IMG/VR virus record: IMGVR_UViG_3300046692_000385
From: a virus
Taxonomy: Duplodnaviria > Heunggongvirae > Uroviricota > Caudoviricetes
Length of the DNA: 51,577 nucleotides
Direction: 5' to 3' (one strand)
Of this stretch, positions 18,433 through 27,955 are shown in pieces. The notes below the pieces were generated by a model. It saw only the letters and a list, made by a program, of their open reading frames with translations. It made no database searches and was not told where the DNA came from. Position numbers and translations under genes: made by a program. Numbering within the stretch: position 1 is the stretch's first letter; the number at the start of each line of letters is the position of its first letter.

Positions 18433-19344
18433 TTAGACGTTCGAAACGCCCTTCAGCCGTGCGATCGAACGCGTGGACTTCAGCGCCAGGCCCGTATACC
18501 ACTTCAGGCGGATGCGCGTTGCGTCCTTGTTCTGCACCGTGCCGATGTTCTCGACCACGATGCCAGCGTTGCCGCCACCGTAGATGCCGTGCAGGCCGTC
18601 GAGTTCGTTCAGGCGCAGCGCGTAGACCGAGCACAGGTTCGAGCCCGTGCCGACTGCTTCGTCAGCGCCGAGGAACTCGTTCATGATGATCGGCACGCCG
18701 TTGTGCGTGAGCATCGGGCGACCGAAGTTTTCCAACTGCTGCATCACAGCGTCGGTGCCGTAGGTTGCGCGCAGCAGGCCGCGGAATGCGCGGATCGTGC
18801 CACGACGCATCACCAGCACGTCGGCGCCGTTCGGCACTGCGTCGAGCAGTTCGTCCAGCATCGTGAGCGTGAGCGCGCCGCCGTTGGCACCCGCTGCGAT
18901 CGTCTGCGTGCCGCCGGCTTGCACAGCCAGTTGCGGCAGGCCGTCGAACGACTTCGCGTTCACCGACTGGTTGCCCGTTGCGAGCGTCTGGTGGAACACA
19001 CGTGCCACACCCTTCGCCTTCTTGGCGATCTGGATCGCCATCTGGTCGTTGGTGTCGCTTTCGGTCGACTGCAGGAACTTGTCGATGTCCACGTCGCCTG
19101 CGAGGATGCGCAGCTTCGTGACCACTTCTTCGACCGTCGATGCACTTTCGTTCACCGTGTCGTTCGGGTCGAGGAAGTCAGCGCCAGCCAGCGTGTCTTC
19201 GCGGTTGTAGACATACGCCTTGCCGTTCACGCCGACGAAGGGCAGGACCGAGAACAGATCGTCGCGGTCGATGATTTCGTCGATGACGCCTGCGACCAAC
19301 TGGTTGTTGCTCAGCAGGTCGGCCGTATCTTTCAAAAGAGGCAT
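18433..19344 (-). CDS. Major capsid protein (303 aa)
   Basis: MPLL...LSNNQL..GVIDEIIDRDDLF..LPF...KAYVYNRE...LRILAGDVDIDKFL; recalled as close to SSU5/pHCM2-type capsid proteins; follows scaffold. Confidence 0.9.
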   Translation of the reverse strand: MPLLKDTADLLSNNQLVAGVIDEIIDRDDLFSVLPFVGVNGKAYVYNREDTLAGADFLDPNDTVNESASTVEEVVTKLRILAGDVDIDKFLQSTESDTNDQMAIQIAKKAKGVARVFHQTLATGNQSVNAKSFDGLPQLAVQAGGTQTIAAGANGGALTLTMLDELLDAVPNGADVLVMRRGTIRAFRGLLRATYGTDAVMQQLENFGRPMLTHNGVPIIMNEFLGADEAVGTGSNLCSVYALRLNELDGLHGIYGGGNAGIVVENIGTVQNKDATRIRLKWYTGLALKSTRSIARLKGVSNV

Positions 19345-19418
19345 TGCTATTCCTTTGTCAAAAAGATGGAAACAGTTTCGTTTCGGGCCTAGGTCGCTTT
19401 AGTCACCGATAGGACGCC

Positions 19419-19462
19419 ACAATACCACAAAATGGCTCCTTTGAACAGTCAGTTTTGACCGC
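19419..19462 (-). promoter_or_regulatory. Capsid promoter (extended -10) with operator over the -35 region
   Basis: TGTGG-TATTGT; operator AGTCAGTTTTGACC at 19447-19460. Confidence 0.62.
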
Positions 19463-19494
19463 TATCGGCGACACAACTTCGGCCCGAAACCGGA

Positions 19495-20421
19495 TCAGTT
19501 GAGCTTGATGTTCAAGCCCGCGAGACCCGATGCAATGCGCGAGACGCCGCTCTTTTCCTGGGGCTGAGCGCTCGCGACATGCGCGGTTTTGCCTGCCGGA
19601 ATCGGCGAGGCGGAGCCTGCACCCACCTTCACCTTGCTTTTCAGCAGGAAGTCCTTTTCCGGGTCCGCCTCGATGATCTTCTTGAAGGCTTCATCGAACG
19701 ACAGCGGCGTGCCCGATGCGTCCACGATCGGCGTGCGTGCGGCGGCCGAGCGCGGCTTGTCGTATGCCACCACCTTGCCGTCGACCAGCTCGAAGTGGTC
19801 GCCGTAGATCACGCGGGCCTTCGCCGGCGGCAGCGCCAGTTCGCTCGTGATGAACTGCGAGGAGGTGAACTGCGCGCCAATCGTCAGTTCGTTGATCACG
19901 CCGTCGCGCTTGGCGAGATCCGCCTTGAGTGCGTCGACCTGGCCCTGCAGCGTCGTCTTCTCGGTCGCGTGCTCGGTTGCCATGCGCTCCTTCAAACGGC
20001 CCCACTCGCCCTTCGCTTCGAGCGCGGCGTCTTCGGCAGTCTTCTTTTCCGCCAGCAGCGCGCGCACCGCTTCCGGGTCGATGCCTTCGAACTTCTTCAG
20101 TTGTTCCTGGGCGGCGGCGAGTGCGGTGTTCGCCTCGTCGAGCTTGCCCTTTTTCTGCATCACTTCCTTGAGCAGCTTCGCTTCTTCGTCGGTGGGCTTG
20201 CGCTCGCCGGTTTCCGTGCCGCCCTTCTTGGCAGCTTCGGCAGCAGCGGCCGCGGCTTCGGCGTCAGCAGCGTCGGCAGCGGCCTTGGCGGCGTCGACCC
20301 TGGCTTGCTCGGCAGCCAGGCCGGCAGCGATGGCGGCTGCACCGCCCGACTTCGAACCTTCTTCACCCGCGGCGTCCATGTAGCGTTGGGCGATCATCAT
20401 CTTGCGCAGAAGTGCGTGCAT
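19495..20421 (-). CDS. Capsid scaffolding protein
   Basis: Coiled-coil, charged, KFEGIDPE motif; between portal and capsid. Confidence 0.78.
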   Translation of the reverse strand: MHALLRKMMIAQRYMDAAGEEGSKSGGAAAIAAGLAAEQARVDAAKAAADAADAEAAAAAAEAAKKGGTETGERKPTDEEAKLLKEVMQKKGKLDEANTALAAAQEQLKKFEGIDPEAVRALLAEKKTAEDAALEAKGEWGRLKERMATEHATEKTTLQGQVDALKADLAKRDGVINELTIGAQFTSSQFITSELALPPAKARVIYGDHFELVDGKVVAYDKPRSAAARTPIVDASGTPLSFDEAFKKIIEADPEKDFLLKSKVKVGAGSASPIPAGKTAHVASAQPQEKSGVSRIASGLAGLNIKLN

Positions 20422-20466
20422 GTTTCGTCGTTCCTTGTGACCAGTCTCTAGGTCGTGTGAGTCATG

Positions 20467-20494
20467 AAAAATGCCGGCGCATCACTTGGCCGGC
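20467..20494 (-). terminator. Possible terminator after portal
   Basis: GCCGGC-N10-GCCGGC-ATTTTT. Confidence 0.45.
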
Positions 20495-20505
20495 GGGGTT
20501 TGGGT

Positions 20506-22134
20506 TCAGCCTTCGGAAACGGTCTTGAGCGACGCGGAGGCGACGTTCTTGTCCGATGCCTTCTTCGTTGCCTGAGCGGTGGTGTTCGCCGGGTCAAGCA
20601 GCGGGTCGATCGGCGGCCAGTCCTTCAGATCGGCGAGCATCTTGGATTTGAGATCCTTGCCGAGCTGCGGGAAGAGTTTGTCGATGATGGCCTTCATCTG
20701 TTCCTGGCGAAGCGAATCCGGCGCCTCGATCAGCATCAGACGAGCGGCGATGTCGAATTCGTCGTAGAGGCCGCGCGTGTCGAAGTTGTCCGGGTAGGTC
20801 ACAAGCGCCTCGCTTCCGACCGGCACCGTTTCGCCATTCCAGAGGGCGACCAGGCGCGCGATCTTGTTCTCGATCACTTGCAACGAGTCAGCCTTGGCTG
20901 CCAACAGAGCGTTCACTCGCTCGAAGTCGTAGGCCTTGGCAACTCCCGAACTGTTGTCGATCCCGAGCGAGTTGTCCTGTTTGGTGCGCTCGCCCGCGAG
21001 ACCGCAGGTGTGATAAATCTCGTTGATGATCTTGTGGATCACCGCGAGGATCATTTGGGCCTGTTTGGGGTCCGGGGAAATGTATTTCGGTTCACCGCCC
21101 TCGCCGTCGTAGAGGAACACGCGCTTGGTGCCCATCTCCAGCAGCTTGGTGTAGTTGTCCTCGCCGGGCATGAGGCCTTGGGCCGGCATTGCCAGTTGCG
21201 AGAACGTCTGGTCCTGAATGATTGCGTCCAGGTTCGAGAGGTAGTTCGCCACCGCCCGATCCAGATAGGCGATGTCGTCGATCATCGACGGCGCCACATA
21301 CAGCTCGTCGGTGATCACGTGGTCAGCGAGAATCACCGGCACTTCGCCCAGGTCATGCGCGCCGTTGCCGATCTCGACCACCTTCTGCTTCTTGCCCTTG
21401 CCCTGCAGCTCGAACAGACGCCACTCGGTCTTCGTCCACAGACGAAAACGCGGCGTGATCTCGCCGGTGGACGTGAGCGGGTCCGCGTCGTCGCGCGCCG
21501 CTTCCTGCAGCAGTGCCCAGTTCAGGCCGCCGGCGTCGTCATAGCTGTAGTCGAGGAGCTGATCGGGGCCAACCAGATACGCGTAGGTCTGCACCCCGAG
21601 CGCCTTCTCTTCGGCCTTGGTGGCGGGTGCGGCGGTGGCCGGATTGTCGACCACCACGGCGATGCGGCCCGAGCGAGACGAGCGGGAGGCCACCTGGCGC
21701 GCGAGATCCTGGATGCCGAGGCCGTTGCGAGTCGCGCGCAGCCAGAACGCCTTGACCGATTCCGGTGCGTCGTCGAGGTTGCGGGTAATCGCCTGCTTGA
21801 ACAGATACTTGTTCAGGAGGTCGACGACTTCCTTCGTGTGATTGAAGCGGTAGGCGCGCGCCTGGCGGTCGCTGTATTCCTTGTCGCCTTCCTTGATGTA
21901 GCGAAAGACGTTGGTCTCGAACCACTCCCGGCCGCCCTCGTAGGTGGCTTCCAGGAATTGCCAGTGGTTCAGGCTTTTCTTGTATTCCGGGTGACGACGC
22001 TCGATCAGCGCGCGCAGCTTCTTCTGCTCGTCGTCCATCGGCGTGAGCCCCATTGCGGTCGCGCTATCGACCTCCTTGGGGTCGAGAACCGCCTGCTCGC
22101 CGGTCGTGAATGTGGTCGTATTGATTCGTGGCAT
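20506..22134 (-). CDS. Portal protein (542 aa)
   Basis: Follows terminase; RHPEY..W, SGVAKAYDF, size. Confidence 0.85.
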   Translation of the reverse strand: MPRINTTTFTTGEQAVLDPKEVDSATAMGLTPMDDEQKKLRALIERRHPEYKKSLNHWQFLEATYEGGREWFETNVFRYIKEGDKEYSDRQARAYRFNHTKEVVDLLNKYLFKQAITRNLDDAPESVKAFWLRATRNGLGIQDLARQVASRSSRSGRIAVVVDNPATAAPATKAEEKALGVQTYAYLVGPDQLLDYSYDDAGGLNWALLQEAARDDADPLTSTGEITPRFRLWTKTEWRLFELQGKGKKQKVVEIGNGAHDLGEVPVILADHVITDELYVAPSMIDDIAYLDRAVANYLSNLDAIIQDQTFSQLAMPAQGLMPGEDNYTKLLEMGTKRVFLYDGEGGEPKYISPDPKQAQMILAVIHKIINEIYHTCGLAGERTKQDNSLGIDNSSGVAKAYDFERVNALLAAKADSLQVIENKIARLVALWNGETVPVGSEALVTYPDNFDTRGLYDEFDIAARLMLIEAPDSLRQEQMKAIIDKLFPQLGKDLKSKMLADLKDWPPIDPLLDPANTTAQATKKASDKNVASASLKTVSEG

Positions 22135-22141
22135 GGTCTGA

Positions 22142-22170
22142 ATTATTAGTCAGTTCTGACTGTTGTGCAA
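22142..22170 (-). promoter_or_regulatory. Portal promoter with operator in spacer
   Basis: TTGCAC-AACAGTCAGAACTGACT(17)-AATAAT. Confidence 0.68.
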
Positions 22171-22171
22171 G

Positions 22172-23440
22172 TTAAATAGACAGGCCGCCCAATTCCAGAC
22201 GGCGAACCGGGAATTCGAGGTCGATGCAATAGCCCGCGGCGTCCGCGGAGTGTTCGGTGCCGCCCGTCTTATCCACATCCCGGCTGCCCGGCTTGTAGAT
22301 CGTCTGCTCAAGCGACTTGATGAAATGCTTGCAGGACTCGTCAATACGCATGCGCACCGCTCCATCGGCTGAGCGCAGCATGCGGTTCACCGCGTTCACC
22401 CGGTCGGCAACCATCGGCGCTTTGCGGCGCGCCTTGATGCGCTTGAAGCCCTTCTCGCGCAGGATGTCGAGGTCGGTCTCGCCGCGCGCGTGCTGACGCT
22501 GGCCGCCGGCCGGGTCCGGGTAGATCACCATCTGCTTCTGGTAGCGCCAGTATTTCTTCTCCAGCGCGTCGGCCGTCTCTTCGGTATTCGAGCCAAACTG
22601 CACGATCTCGTCGACCGCCCACAGCTCGCCGCTCTCCTGGAGCTGGAAAATGACGGTCGACATCGGGTCGATGTTGAAGTCCATCCCCACCCAGATCGGC
22701 AGCTTCGGGTTGAAGGCGTGCTTGCCTACATGGATCGTGCGATCGAACGGGTAGTAGACGCGCCCGCTCATGGTCTCGAAGGAAGCTTCGAATTCTTGCA
22801 GGTAGGACTTCGCGTCCATGTCGCGCTTGGCGGCTTCGAGCTCCTGCGCCGGGATGAAGGGCGAGGTCGAGGTCGGGAACTGCCAGGAGGCCCATTCGTT
22901 CTTGCGCAGGCGCCCGTTCGGGTCGAGATACTCCTCACCGCGCTGCCCCATCATGTAGACGGTGTGCAGGTAGTTGTAGGCCTTGGGCGTGCCGATGAAC
23001 ATCGCATGTCCGCCCGTGTCCGCGAGCGTCGGCCGGAGCACCTTGGTCCAGGTCTCCTCGTGCATGTCCTGGAACTCATCGAGCACCAGGAAGTGGATAC
23101 CCACCCCGCGCAGCGAGTCGGCCTTGTCGGCGCCCTTCAGCTCGATGCGGCTGCCGTTGCGCAGGTAGATGCAGAGCGAGGTCTCATTGACCTTCTTCAC
23201 CCACTTCTTCGGGATCGCCTCGAGCAGATCGGTCCACATGATCTGCTTCGCCATCTTGTAGGTCGGCGCGACATACCAGATTTTGCGGCGCTTGATCTGG
23301 GCGAATTTGATCAGCAAGACCTTCGACAATTGACTTTTGCCCCAACGTCGCCCCGCGACGACAACCCGGAAGCGCCGCTTGTCCTGAAACACCATCATCT
23401 GCTTCGGATGCAGCGAGAGGGTCGAGGTCTTGGCCGCCAT
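22172..23440 (-). CDS. terL: Terminase large subunit
   Basis: VVAGRRWGKS Walker A, LVLDEFQD Walker B, FIGTP, GMDFN and DPAG nuclease motifs, HSADA. Confidence 0.95.
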   Translation of the reverse strand: MAAKTSTLSLHPKQMMVFQDKRRFRVVVAGRRWGKSQLSKVLLIKFAQIKRRKIWYVAPTYKMAKQIMWTDLLEAIPKKWVKKVNETSLCIYLRNGSRIELKGADKADSLRGVGIHFLVLDEFQDMHEETWTKVLRPTLADTGGHAMFIGTPKAYNYLHTVYMMGQRGEEYLDPNGRLRKNEWASWQFPTSTSPFIPAQELEAAKRDMDAKSYLQEFEASFETMSGRVYYPFDRTIHVGKHAFNPKLPIWVGMDFNIDPMSTVIFQLQESGELWAVDEIVQFGSNTEETADALEKKYWRYQKQMVIYPDPAGGQRQHARGETDLDILREKGFKRIKARRKAPMVADRVNAVNRMLRSADGAVRMRIDESCKHFIKSLEQTIYKPGSRDVDKTGGTEHSADAAGYCIDLEFPVRRLELGGLSI

Positions 23441-24087
23441 CAGTCGCCTTCCTCGATGATGTCGTCGTCATCCAGCCCCTCGAGCTCCTCGTCGAGCGTG
23501 GTGTCGCTCTCAGGGATGCGCAGGTCGTCGTCCTCGTCGCGCGAGCGCAGCGCCTCGATCTGGTCAGCCGTCAGTTCGCTGATCACCAGGTCCGGCAGGC
23601 CGTCTTCGTCCATCGCGTCGTCGCGGTCGAGCCCCAGCACCGCCCAGCGTTCTTCGCGCGCCTTCTTGAGCACCGACATCGCCGCGTCGAGCGCCTTCAG
23701 GTTGTTCAGCGCCGTCGCAACCGGCCGGCCCTCTTGCTTCGCTGTCAGGATCTCGTTCCAGGAGAGCTTGGCGAGCCCCGAGGCCATCTTGTAGTGCTCT
23801 TCCTTGGTCTCCCGGATGCGCGCGGCGAGAATCGTTGCGTCGTCGATCGCCGCGGTGGTGACGGCTTCCTTCACAGCGGCCGCGTGCTCGGCTTTCTTCG
23901 CCCCGCGCTTGATGCCCTTCGCGGTGAAGTGCTTGTGAAAGGCGGTGCGGTGCTTGCCGAACCGGGCGGCGAGATCCTCGAGGGTGACTTCGCCGGACTC
24001 CCAAAGCGCTTCAGCCTCGGCCCATTGCTTGGGCGTGAGGCGCGCGTGCTTGGTCTTCGGTGCCGCTACTGCTGTTGCCTTCGTCAC
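23440..24087 (-). CDS. terS: Terminase small subunit (putative)
   Basis: N-terminal HTH (WAEAEALWESGEVTLEDLAARFG), directly upstream of terL. Confidence 0.75.
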   Translation of the reverse strand: MTKATAVAAPKTKHARLTPKQWAEAEALWESGEVTLEDLAARFGKHRTAFHKHFTAKGIKRGAKKAEHAAAVKEAVTTAAIDDATILAARIRETKEEHYKMASGLAKLSWNEILTAKQEGRPVATALNNLKALDAAMSVLKKAREERWAVLGLDRDDAMDEDGLPDLVISELTADQIEALRSRDEDDDLRIPESDTTLDEELEGLDDDDIIEEGD

Positions 24088-24114
24088 TACCTATCCTTCT
24101 CGTTTCAAATCTTC

Positions 24115-24143
24115 AAAAAAAAAGGGCGCAGAGGTGAGCGCCC
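24115..24143 (-). terminator. Intrinsic terminator between terS promoter and terS
   Basis: GGGCGC-N8-GCGCCC followed by 9 T. Confidence 0.75.
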
Positions 24144-24178
24144 ATTTCGGAGAGAGAAAACGAAAAAATCTGGGCTCC

Positions 24179-24225
24179 ACTGTAGCGACCGCCTTGGCCT
24201 TTGTCAACAGTCAGTTTTGACTATT
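24179..24225 (-). promoter_or_regulatory. sigma70 promoter for terminase operon with operator abutting -35
   Basis: TTGACA(24207-24202)-17-TACAGT(24184-24179); core 24209-24222. Confidence 0.8.
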
Positions 24226-24616
24226 TCTCCCCGCATACGACAATGTAGAGCGCGAGTGCGAGCGCAGATGCTTCGTCGGGCTGCGCAAACGTCGCTAGAC
24301 GCTCGCCATTTAGCTCGAACGAGCAAACCCACCCGCCCGTGTCACCGGGGAGCACTGAGACCGGGATTTCGCGTTTCGCGAGTGCTTCGAGGCAGAGTGC
24401 TTCCCGCCCCGCGAAGTCGAGCCCCGGAAACCAGTTGGTCTCGTCGGGGATGCCCAGCGCCCGGTCCCAGCACTTCACGATGCCGTCCTGGATCTCGACG
24501 ATGAAGGAGAGCGCGGCCGCCATCGCCGCGTTGATGTGGGTTGGGCTGATCGTGCCCGTGCCGACGACCCGAGGCGCCGCCGAGCATTGATCAGAGTGTT
24601 CTTCTACTTCATTCAT
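24221..24616 (-). CDS. Hypothetical protein
   Basis: ORF in operon orientation; start uncertain. Confidence 0.55.
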   Translation of the reverse strand: MNEVEEHSDQCSAAPRVVGTGTISPTHINAAMAAALSFIVEIQDGIVKCWDRALGIPDETNWFPGLDFAGREALCLEALAKREIPVSVLPGDTGGWVCSFELNGERLATFAQPDEASALALALYIVVCGEK

Positions 24617-24690
24617 TACATAGTCTTTAGTTGTTATGTTTTATATACGGGAGAGACTTGGGAGCCCAAGTGAGAGGCTGCGGACCCAAG

Positions 24691-25002
24691 TCATACCGGC
24701 TCGTAGATTTCGTCAGCTTCAGATACGACATACACCGGACCCGAGGGCTTCTTCACCGCCACATAGGGCGCACCCGTCGCGGTAATGGAAATCAGCACCC
24801 GCTGCCGGCCCCGGCGCTTCTCCTTGCCCGTCTTCTCGATCAACCCGTGCTTCACCAACGCGCGGATCGAAAACTGGATCGACGCCTTGGTGGTTTCGTA
24901 GTTGATGCGCTCGATGACTTGATCCAGGTCGCACACGGACCCGTCGGGGTTGCCGGCGTTGATCACGGAGAGCAGTTCGATCTGCTTGGTCGTCAGGTGC
25001 AT
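24691..25002 (-). CDS. Winged-helix DNA-binding protein
   Basis: LTTKQIELLSVI...SIQFSIRALVKHGLIEK...RQRVLISIT, LexA-N/MarR-like pattern. Confidence 0.72.
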   Translation of the reverse strand: MHLTTKQIELLSVINAGNPDGSVCDLDQVIERINYETTKASIQFSIRALVKHGLIEKTGKEKRRGRQRVLISITATGAPYVAVKKPSGPVYVVSEADEIYEPV

Positions 25003-25922
25003 GAGAGCGCTCCCGAGAGGGCTGAGAGGTCAAGCGGCGCGTCCACCGGCTGGTTGTCGAAGGCAAGGAGCGGAATGCGTGCGGGAAGCTCACGCGCGGC
25101 GCCCTGGTCGACGTCGTAGTCGGGGTTCAGATAGACGCCATAGAGGGGGCTCGCGAACACCAACTGCTGGATCTGCTTCAAAAGCCAGCCTGGCGCCATC
25201 GCTTCAATCCGCTCCTTCGCGTCAAAGCGCTTGTTGCCCGACTTTTCACGGCTCGAATTACGGTAGTAGAAGGCGCGCATCTCGATCATGCACTTCTCGC
25301 GCACGGCCGCCGGCATCGCCTCGAGCTCCTCCATCACGCCCACGTAGTCAGACGGGATGGAATCGAACCAGCGTCGGAAGAAGGCGAGCCCCGTCTCGTA
25401 TTTCTGGGAGGGTCGCGGCTTCACGAACTGCACGCCGGCTTTCGCCGCGAACGGGTTGAACTTCGACATCGAGGACTGGAACTCCACGATGCGCGTGCCG
25501 CTCATGCGCATCATGAGGTTCTGCATCCGGTAGGCAACGCCCGCGCCGCGATACATGGTGTCGAGCACCAGGCGCGAGTTCGTGCAGGCGTTGTCGTTGA
25601 TCCAGTTCAGCCGATACTTGTTGATGAGCTTGGTGTCGGTGCCGCCGCGGTTGGGCCGCAGGTGCGTGAACACCTCATTGCGGCCGCTCGAGATCGCCGA
25701 GGAGACCGTCATCACGCCCACCCCGATCGTCTGCCCACGCAGCACGCACCGGTAGAACTTCGGCCCGAACGGCAGGTTCTCGGCCTTGTAGTGGAGCTCG
25801 TGCAAGAGATCCCAGTCCGCCTTGGTGCCGCGCTCGACGTAAATCTCGGGCAGAAGCGAGAGCCCCACCCCACCCGGCGCCTGGCGATCGACCAGAAGAT
25901 CCTGGTTGTCGACGACGATCAT
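24993..25922 (-). CDS. GNAT-family acetyltransferase-like protein
   Basis: SRLVLDTMYRGAGVAYR acetyl-CoA motif A; LHELHY N-terminal motif; MSKFNPFAAKAG. Confidence 0.75.
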   Translation of the reverse strand: MIVVDNQDLLVDRQAPGGVGLSLLPEIYVERGTKADWDLLHELHYKAENLPFGPKFYRCVLRGQTIGVGVMTVSSAISSGRNEVFTHLRPNRGGTDTKLINKYRLNWINDNACTNSRLVLDTMYRGAGVAYRMQNLMMRMSGTRIVEFQSSMSKFNPFAAKAGVQFVKPRPSQKYETGLAFFRRWFDSIPSDYVGVMEELEAMPAAVREKCMIEMRAFYYRNSSREKSGNKRFDAKERIEAMAPGWLLKQIQQLVFASPLYGVYLNPDYDVDQGAARELPARIPLLAFDNQPVDAPLDLSALSGALSCT

Positions 25923-26293
25923 TCGCCCACCCTCGCGGCCGCGGAGAGCGAAGACATCGCGGCGTCTGCCGAATTGGTTGCAGCGTTCGCCGTGTTCGTG
26001 CAGACGGTCATGACTGTCGGGTCGTAGAGGCCCATCGGCCCGCTGAGCGAGATGCCTGCCGGCGGAGTGTGGTGAAAACCGCCTCGCGCAACACCGTCCG
26101 AGGCGCCACCCACGAGACCACGAAAGGGGCTCAGGTCAGGCGTCTTCGGCACGTCAGAACGCGGCTGCACCTTTGCGGGCGCAGCGCCAACGTAGGCAAG
26201 CTTGTCGCGCAGCAGATCCTTCAGGTCGAGATCCATGTCGGCGTTGCCGTCCAGGTAGCCGGCAAGCCAGATGCAGAAGTGTTCGTGGGTCAT
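25919..26293 (-). CDS. Hypothetical protein
   Basis: Overlap-coupled; FCIWLAGYLD N-terminus. Confidence 0.6.
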   Translation of the reverse strand: MTHEHFCIWLAGYLDGNADMDLDLKDLLRDKLAYVGAAPAKVQPRSDVPKTPDLSPFRGLVGGASDGVARGGFHHTPPAGISLSGPMGLYDPTVMTVCTNTANAATNSADAAMSSLSAAARVGE

Positions 26294-26424
26294 GCGGGCG
26301 CTCCCGGCGGCAGGTCGTCGTCATCGAAGGGCTCGCGGCTGCGCTTGATCTTCACCGACAGGGCCACCGCCCCGAAGACGATGATCAGCATCAGCGGCAG
26401 CGCGAGAACGGTCTGCAGGCTCAT
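26290..26424 (-). CDS. Small membrane protein (44 aa)
   Basis: MSLQTVLALPLMLIIVFGAVALSVKIKR; start reassigned to 26424. Confidence 0.55.
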   Translation of the reverse strand: MSLQTVLALPLMLIIVFGAVALSVKIKRSREPFDDDDLPPGAPA

Positions 26425-26425
26425 G

Positions 26426-26776
26426 TCAGAACTCCAGCTTGAGCGGCGACTGGCCGAGACCCAGGTCGAGGAAGAACGCGCGCAGCGCCGCATCCGTGCG
26501 ATCTCCCTGGAAGCGTCCACGCGGCACACCGGCCTCGATCACGATCACCGTCGGCACCGCGCGCACGCCAAAGAGCGAAGCCAGGTCCGGCTGGTCGCCG
26601 GCGTCAACCATCGCGAGCGTGAAGCCCCACTCGTTCGCAATCTCGGCGAGCTTCGGCTTCAACGTCTTGCAGGGACCGCACCAGGGCGCGGTGAAAGCGA
26701 CCACGACCGGTTCTTCGTGGCTTTTGTCGGTCACGCTCATGTCGAACGTGTGGTGGGTCGGGTTAATGACCGGCAT
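26426..26776 (-). CDS. trxA: Thioredoxin
   Basis: FTAPWCGPC active site, VRAVPT cis-Pro motif. Confidence 0.92.
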   Translation of the reverse strand: MPVINPTHHTFDMSVTDKSHEEPVVVAFTAPWCGPCKTLKPKLAEIANEWGFTLAMVDAGDQPDLASLFGVRAVPTVIVIEAGVPRGRFQGDRTDAALRAFFLDLGLGQSPLKLEF

Positions 26777-27425
26777 CTTTGAATCCTTCAGGGGTGTAGG
26801 CGATCTCGATCTTTTCGCGATACCGCTTTTCGATGAAAAGGCTGGGCGCGAGGTCCGCGCGCAGGTCCGTGTGAGTGGTTGCCACCATCAGCGTCGCGCC
26901 GAGCGAGCGGGCAACTTTCTGCATGTTGTAGGCGATCACCCGGGCCGTATCCCGGTCGACCACCGCGAGGAATTCGTCCGCGAGCCACACCTTCGCGCCC
27001 GCCTCGATCAGCTTGGCGAGCCGGAATCGATACCGCTGGCCGTCGGAGAGCTCCTGGGGCTTGCGAATGAAGAGGTAGGCGTCGTTCAGGCCCGCGATCG
27101 ACAGCAGGCGCAGCGCGTCGTTGGTGTCGGTGCCGATCTGGTCGATGAGCGGGCAGTCCTGGAACTGGATCTCGTCGATGTCGCAGAGGCTCATGCCGGC
27201 CGCGCGCATCTGGGCTTTCAGCTCGCGCAGGACCGTCGACTTGCCGGAGCCCGACTGGCCCGTCACGTAGACGACATCGCCCTGCATGATTTCGAGCTCC
27301 TGGTTGTCGAAGACGACGAACTCCTTGTCGTCCAGACCCAGACCGAACGCTTCGGCGACCTCCAGCACCCGGTCGGTGCGGTCAACGGTCGCCGTGAAGC
27401 GCTTGTTGATGATGTGTTTCGCCAT
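26763..27425 (-). CDS. Stand-alone ABC-family ATPase
   Basis: GQSGSGKST, LSDGQ signature, WLADEF Walker B, ATTH H-loop; no permease nearby; start reassigned to MAKHII. Confidence 0.9.
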   Translation of the reverse strand: MAKHIINKRFTATVDRTDRVLEVAEAFGLGLDDKEFVVFDNQELEIMQGDVVYVTGQSGSGKSTVLRELKAQMRAAGMSLCDIDEIQFQDCPLIDQIGTDTNDALRLLSIAGLNDAYLFIRKPQELSDGQRYRFRLAKLIEAGAKVWLADEFLAVVDRDTARVIAYNMQKVARSLGATLMVATTHTDLRADLAPSLFIEKRYREKIEIAYTPEGFKDAGH

Positions 27426-27781
27426 CACGCCGCTCGCTGGTTGATCGACACCCACCAGGCCATCGCTTGGGGGTTGTCCTGCCAGAGCTGACACAGGCCG
27501 TGCGCGCCCATCGTGGTGAAGTCCTCTTCGTCCTTGTCGTCGCCGAGCAGGCCGAAGTGGAAGTGAATCGCGTGCAGCACTTCGTGGATGAAGGTGTCGG
27601 CGAGGTTCTGCGCGTTCTGGTCCGGCGCCATGCGAATCATCTGATTGACGGGGTTCATGTGGCCGAACGAACTCGACGCGTTCGCATCCCCCGCGTCCTG
27701 AAGCTCGACGGCGAACCGGAAGTTGCCGATCTTCAGCGACCGCGGCATGCCCAGATACGGGTTGAAGGGCTTGGCCTTCAC
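27425..27781 (-). CDS. Small HEXXH zinc metallopeptidase-like protein
   Basis: DTFIHEVLHAI; GTG start overlapping upstream TGA. Confidence 0.68.
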   Translation of the reverse strand: MKAKPFNPYLGMPRSLKIGNFRFAVELQDAGDANASSSFGHMNPVNQMIRMAPDQNAQNLADTFIHEVLHAIHFHFGLLGDDKDEEDFTTMGAHGLCQLWQDNPQAMAWWVSINQRAA

Positions 27782-27924
27782 TCCCCGTCGAGCAGCGCGA
27801 GCAGGAACAGCACGGCGAGCAGGTCGTCCGCGTTCAGCTCCGTGCGGCTCGACGATTTCGAGAGCCACAACATCGCTATCGCCACCAGCAACAGCAGCCC
27901 CGCCACGACGAGAATGGTTGTCAT
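27778..27924 (-). CDS. Small membrane protein (48 aa; not in track)
   Basis: MTTILVVAGLLLLVAIAMLWLSK...LLAVLFLLALLDGE. Confidence 0.6.
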   Translation of the reverse strand: MTTILVVAGLLLLVAIAMLWLSKSSSRTELNADDLLAVLFLLALLDGE

Positions 27925-27929
27925 TTTGC

Positions 27930-27954
27930 ATAGTCAGTTTTGATTGTTGGTCAA
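27930..27954 (-). promoter_or_regulatory. Operator with upstream TTGACC
   Basis: TTGACC-AACAATCAAAACTGACTAT; -10 weak. Confidence 0.6.
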
Positions 27955-27955
27955 A

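Noticed and set aside
132-24504. Long plus-strand ORFs (for example 132-1439, 2063-6196, 9109-11175, 20464-22149)
   Set aside because: Antisense shadows of high-GC minus-strand genes; no motifs or RBS
26763-27425. ABC transporter
   Set aside because: No permease or binding protein nearby; treated as a soluble ATPase
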